Assembly (NCBI GenBank): GCA_964624195.1
Contig: CAZUWQ010000001.1
Coordinates: 1 to 40,640 of the forward strand
From: an uncultured Oscillospiraceae bacterium
GTDB taxonomy: Bacteria; Bacillota; Clostridia; Oscillospirales; Oscillospiraceae
Length of the DNA: 40,640 bases
Reading direction: 5' to 3'
Shown here: piece by piece, positions 37,130 through 40,640 of the stretch
How the letters are laid out: each line of letters begins with the position of its first letter
Numbering within the stretch: position 1 is the stretch's first letter
Program-made: the position numbers and the translations under genes
Notes under the pieces: model-generated
Database searches by the model: none
The model's input: the letters and a program-made list of their open reading frames with translations, nothing else
What the model was told of the DNA's origin: nothing

Positions 37130-37196
37130 AACAGACCACCCTTTCCTTAAGATTCAGACCACATTCCCATGTTCCTGGCAATGCTCTGTATTTATG

Positions 37197-37225
37197 ATTA
37201 TATATCCCATATATCGATATTTCAA
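37197..37225 (-). promoter_or_regulatory. sigmaA promoter of the GNAT transcript
   Basis: Minus strand TTGAAA (37225-37220), 17 nt, TATAAT (37202-37197). Confidence 0.8.
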
Positions 37226-37243
37226 GGGGAGGCGGCGGGAATC

Positions 37244-37272
37244 TTGACGGGTCTTTATTTCAATGCTATACT
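37244..37272 (+). promoter_or_regulatory. sigmaA promoter of leuCDB
   Basis: TTGACG, 17 nt, TATACT with extended TG. Confidence 0.85.
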
Positions 37273-37300
37273 GGGTAAAAGTCAAAAGGAGGCGTTGTCC

Positions 37301-38578
37301 GTGGGTATGACAATGACCCAAAAAATATTGGCCCGGGCCGCCGGACTGGAAAAGGTGGAGGCGGGCCAGCTCATCGAGGGGCGTCTGGACTTGGTGCTGG
37401 GCAACGATATCACCGCGCCGGTGGCTATTTCAGAGTTCCGCAAGGCGGACCTGTCGTCTGTCTTTGACCGGGAGAGGATCGCCATCGTGCTGGATCATTC
37501 CACCCCTTGCAAGGATATCAAGTCCGCCCAGTTGTGCGCCGTCTGCAGGGACTTCGCCAAAGAGCACACCATCACCCATTTCTATGATGTGGGCCAGATG
37601 GGTGTGGAGCACGCGCTGATCCCGGAGAAGGGGCTGGCGGCCCCCGGTGAGGTCATCATCGGCGCCGACTCCCACACCTGCACCTACGGCGCGCTGGGCG
37701 CCTTCTCCACCGGCGTGGGCTCCACGGATATGGCCGCCGGCATGGCCACCGGCCTGGCCTGGTTCAAGGTGCCCCAGGCCATCCAGGTCAAGCTGACAGG
37801 AAGACTGGGCCCCTACGTCGGCGGCAAAGACCTGGCGCTCCACCTCATTGGACTGATCGGCGTAGACGGCGCCCTCTATCAGTCCCTGGAGTTCTGCGGC
37901 AGCGGCGTGGCGGCGCTGGAGATGGACGACCGCTTCACCATTTGCAACATGGCTATTGAGGCCGGCGCGAAAAACGGCATCTTCCCCGTGGATGAAAAGA
38001 CCCTGGCGTACTTGAAGGGCAGGGTAAACCGGGAGTTCCGGGTGTTCCGGCCGGACCCGGACGCCCAATATGCCCGGACGCTCACCATCGACCTGTCCAC
38101 TCTACGGCCCACGGTGGCGCTGCCCCATCTGCCCTCCAACACCAAAACGGTGGACGAGGCCGCGGGTATGCCGATCCAGCAGGTGGTCATCGGTTCCTGT
38201 ACCAACGGCCGGTTAAAGGACCTGCGGGAGGCCGCCGCCATTCTCCGGGGAAGAAAGGTAGCCGACGGCGTGCGGTGCATCGTCATCCCGGCCACCCAGC
38301 AGATCTATCTGGACGCCATGGCGGAGGGCCTGGTGGCTGACTTCATTCGGGCCGGCGCGGCGGTGTCCACCCCCACCTGCGGTCCCTGCCTGGGGGGACA
38401 TATGGGGGTGCTCAGCGACAACGAGTGGGCTATCTCCACCACTAACCGGAACTTTGTAGGCCGCATGGGTCCCACCAGTTCCATGATCATTTTGGCCAGC
38501 CCCGCCGTGGCGGCGGCCTCAGCCGTCACCGGCGTGGTCACCGATCCGGCCGCGGTGGAAGGAGGCGCGTCAGTATGA
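37301..38578 (+). CDS. leuC: 3-isopropylmalate dehydratase large subunit (short clostridial/archaeal type)
   Basis: [40 protein letters not shown]; GTG start after AAGGAGG. Confidence 0.92.
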   Translation: MGMTMTQKILARAAGLEKVEAGQLIEGRLDLVLGNDITAPVAISEFRKADLSSVFDRERIAIVLDHSTPCKDIKSAQLCAVCRDFAKEHTITHFYDVGQMGVEHALIPEKGLAAPGEVIIGADSHTCTYGALGAFSTGVGSTDMAAGMATGLAWFKVPQAIQVKLTGRLGPYVGGKDLALHLIGLIGVDGALYQSLEFCGSGVAALEMDDRFTICNMAIEAGAKNGIFPVDEKTLAYLKGRVNREFRVFRPDPDAQYARTLTIDLSTLRPTVALPHLPSNTKTVDEAAGMPIQQVVIGSCTNGRLKDLREAAAILRGRKVADGVRCIVIPATQQIYLDAMAEGLVADFIRAGAAVSTPTCGPCLGGHMGVLSDNEWAISTTNRNFVGRMGPTSSMIILASPAVAAASAVTGVVTDPAAVEGGASV

Positions 38579-39060
38579 AGATCTATAAGTACGGCGACAA
38601 TGTGGATACCGATGTCATCATTCCCGCCCGGTATCTGAACGCCCCGGATGAGAAATCGCTGGCCTCCCACTGCATGGAGGACATCGACGCCGGGTTCGCC
38701 TCCACGGTGGAGGTGGGAGACATTGTGGTGGCCGGCAGCAATTTCGGCTGCGGTTCCTCTCGGGAGCACGCGCCACTGGCTCTGAAGGCCTGCGGCGTCA
38801 AATGCGTTATCGCCAAGAGCTTTGCCCGCATTTTTTACCGCAACGCCATCAACATCGGCTTCCCCATCTTAGAGTGCCCGGAAGCGGTGGACGGCATCTC
38901 AGCGGGGGATCGGGTGACGGTGGATTTCCGCGCTGGAACCATCACCAATGAGACCACCGGAAAACTGTTCCAGTCCGCCCCCTTTCCGGAGTTTGTCAAC
39001 GGCATCATCGAGCAGGGCGGCTTGCTGAAAGCGCTGAAGGCGCGGGGAGTGGCAAAATGA
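38575..39060 (+). CDS. leuD: 3-isopropylmalate dehydratase small subunit
   Basis: [34 protein letters not shown]. Confidence 0.93.
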   Translation: MKIYKYGDNVDTDVIIPARYLNAPDEKSLASHCMEDIDAGFASTVEVGDIVVAGSNFGCGSSREHAPLALKACGVKCVIAKSFARIFYRNAINIGFPILECPEAVDGISAGDRVTVDFRAGTITNETTGKLFQSAPFPEFVNGIIEQGGLLKALKARGVAK

Positions 39061-40133
39061 ACGGTAAGATCGCGCTGATCCGGGGCGACGGCATTGGGCC
39101 GGAGATCGTCAATGAGGCGGTGGAGGTGCTGGACCGGGTGGCCCGGCGGTTCGGCCACAGCTTTCAGTATGTGGATGTGCTGATGGGGGCCTGTGCCTCC
39201 GAGACGGTAGGCAAGAGCTATCCCGACGGCACCGCGGAACTATGCAAGAGCTGCGACGCTGTTCTGTTGGGGGCGGTGGGCGACCCCAAATGGGGAGCGG
39301 ACAAGCCCGCCGAGCAGCGGCCGGAGACGGCGCTGTTGGCCATCCGCAAGGATCTGGGCTTGTACGCCAACCTGCGACCAGCCGCCCTGCGTCCCGCCCT
39401 GGTGGACGCCTGCCCGCTGAAAAAGGAGACCGCGGAGCGGGGCATTGACCTGATGATGGTGCGGGAACTCACCGGCGGCATCTACTTTGGCAAACGGGAC
39501 CGTTATGACACGCCTGACCGGGGCGTGGAGTGCACTGATCTGATGGCCTATTCCGAGAAGGAGATCGAGCGCATTGGACGTCGGGCCTTTGAGTTGGCCC
39601 GTCAGCGCCGGAAGAAGGTGTCCAGCGTGGACAAGGCCAACGTGCTGGAGACCAGCCGCCTCTGGCGCTCGGTCATGCACCGGCTGGCGGGGGAATACCC
39701 CGATGTGGCCTATGAAGATGTACTGGTGGACAACTGCGCCATGCAGCTGGTGCGGGACCCAGGCCAATTCGATGTTCTGGTGACGGAGAATATGTTCGGC
39801 GATATCCTGTCCGATGAGGCGTCCATGATCACCGGCTCCATTGGTCTGCTGCCGTCCGCCTCCATGGGGGATGGGGCGCCCGCCCTGTATGAGCCCATCC
39901 ACGGCTCCGCCCCTGACATTGCGGGGCAGGACAGGGCTGATCCCATCGCCACCATCCTGTCCGCGGCCATGATGCTCCGCTATTCCTTCTGCCTGACCGC
40001 AGAGGCGGACGCGGTGGAGGCCGCGGTGGACAAGACCCTGTCTGAGGGCTGGCGCACCGCCGACATCGCCAGGGCGGGGGAGACCGCCATCGGGACCCGC
40101 CGGATGGGGCAGCTGATCCAGGCGAATATCTGA
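39057..40133 (+). CDS. leuB: 3-isopropylmalate dehydrogenase
   Basis: [59 protein letters not shown]. Confidence 0.96.
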   Translation: MNGKIALIRGDGIGPEIVNEAVEVLDRVARRFGHSFQYVDVLMGACASETVGKSYPDGTAELCKSCDAVLLGAVGDPKWGADKPAEQRPETALLAIRKDLGLYANLRPAALRPALVDACPLKKETAERGIDLMMVRELTGGIYFGKRDRYDTPDRGVECTDLMAYSEKEIERIGRRAFELARQRRKKVSSVDKANVLETSRLWRSVMHRLAGEYPDVAYEDVLVDNCAMQLVRDPGQFDVLVTENMFGDILSDEASMITGSIGLLPSASMGDGAPALYEPIHGSAPDIAGQDRADPIATILSAAMMLRYSFCLTAEADAVEAAVDKTLSEGWRTADIARAGETAIGTRRMGQLIQANI

Positions 40134-40153
40134 CATAAAAAGGGGACCGCGCT

Positions 40154-40640
40154 ATGATCTTAGCCATTGATATCGGCAATACCCGCACCACAATCGCCCT
40201 GTTTTCCGAAGGAGGTCAACTGAAATTTCTCTCAGAGCTTGAGACTAATACGAGACAAACCGATGACCAGTGCGCCATCGGCCTGTTTGGGGTATTTCAA
40301 CTCTATGGGGCCAGTGTGGACGGCGTAAGCGGCACGATCCTGTCCAGCGTGGTGCCGCCCATCACCAGGACCTATGCCCGGGCGGTGACCCGAGTCACCG
40401 GACGGGAGCCGCTCATTGTGGGGCCCGGCGTGAAAACCGGCCTGAACATCAAGGCGGAGCTCCATGATCAGTTGGGCAGCGATATCGTGGCCTCCGCGGT
40501 GGCCGCCGCGGCGCTGTATCCCTCGCCGGTCATCGTCATCAATTCCCGCACTGCGGTGTCCTTTTCCTACATCAGCGAGGCCTCCTTTGAGGGCTGCTCC
40601 ATCATGCCCGGCATGGGGATCGCGCTGGAGGCGCTGTCCC
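40154..40640 (+). CDS. coaX: Type III pantothenate kinase-like protein, 5' part (runs off the window; absent from the ORF track)
   Basis: MILAIDIGNT, SSVVP, VGPGVKTGLNI, LGSD, IMPG; frame open to the window end; several motifs diverged. Confidence 0.8.
   Translation, partial: MILAIDIGNTRTTIALFSEGGQLKFLSELETNTRQTDDQCAIGLFGVFQLYGASVDGVSGTILSSVVPPITRTYARAVTRVTGREPLIVGPGVKTGLNIKAELHDQLGSDIVASAVAAAALYPSPVIVINSRTAVSFSYISEASFEGCSIMPGMGIALEALS

Noticed and set aside
1-40640. Mobile elements, prophage, CRISPR arrays, tRNA/rRNA, defence systems
   Set aside because: No transposase, integrase, repeat-spacer pattern or structural RNA gene was seen; intergenic gaps are short and mostly explained.

Overview
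A GC-rich core-genome segment of a spore-forming Clostridia bacterium. Gene content and codon style suggest Oscillospiraceae, which is my inference. Almost everything is on the + strand: tyrS(3' part)-rplS-rbgA-rnhB-yraN-dipeptidase-thrC-metallophosphoesterase; tig-clpP-clpX-lon-engB; carD-ispD-ispF; DUF3343-cysteine desulfurase; cdaA-cdaR-DUF5685-J/TPR/Cys-rich protein-membrane protein-yloC-remA-gmk-rpoZ-priA-def-fmt-rsmB-rlmN-stp-prkC-rsgA; spoVM-sipL-like-spoIVA; one minus-strand GNAT; leuC-leuD-leuB and a truncated coaX-like gene. I saw no mobile element, tRNA, rRNA or CRISPR array. Five signals stand out. (1) An unannotated 23-aa spoVM whose Shine-Dalgarno (SD) is locked in a 17-bp hairpin with a mother-cell sigma -10 in the loop. 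(2) spoVM, a sipL-like gene and spoIVA sit together, each with its own sigE/sigK-like promoter. (3) A Lys/Arg-rich 12-codon leader peptide with alternative anti-SD hairpins precedes the GNAT acetyltransferase. (4) A DUF5685 protein with isoprenoid-synthase-like Asp motifs is coupled to a J-domain protein with a 7-Cys tail. (5) The CoaX-like kinase has substituted catalytic motifs. All family calls come from motif recognition by eye; no searches were run.
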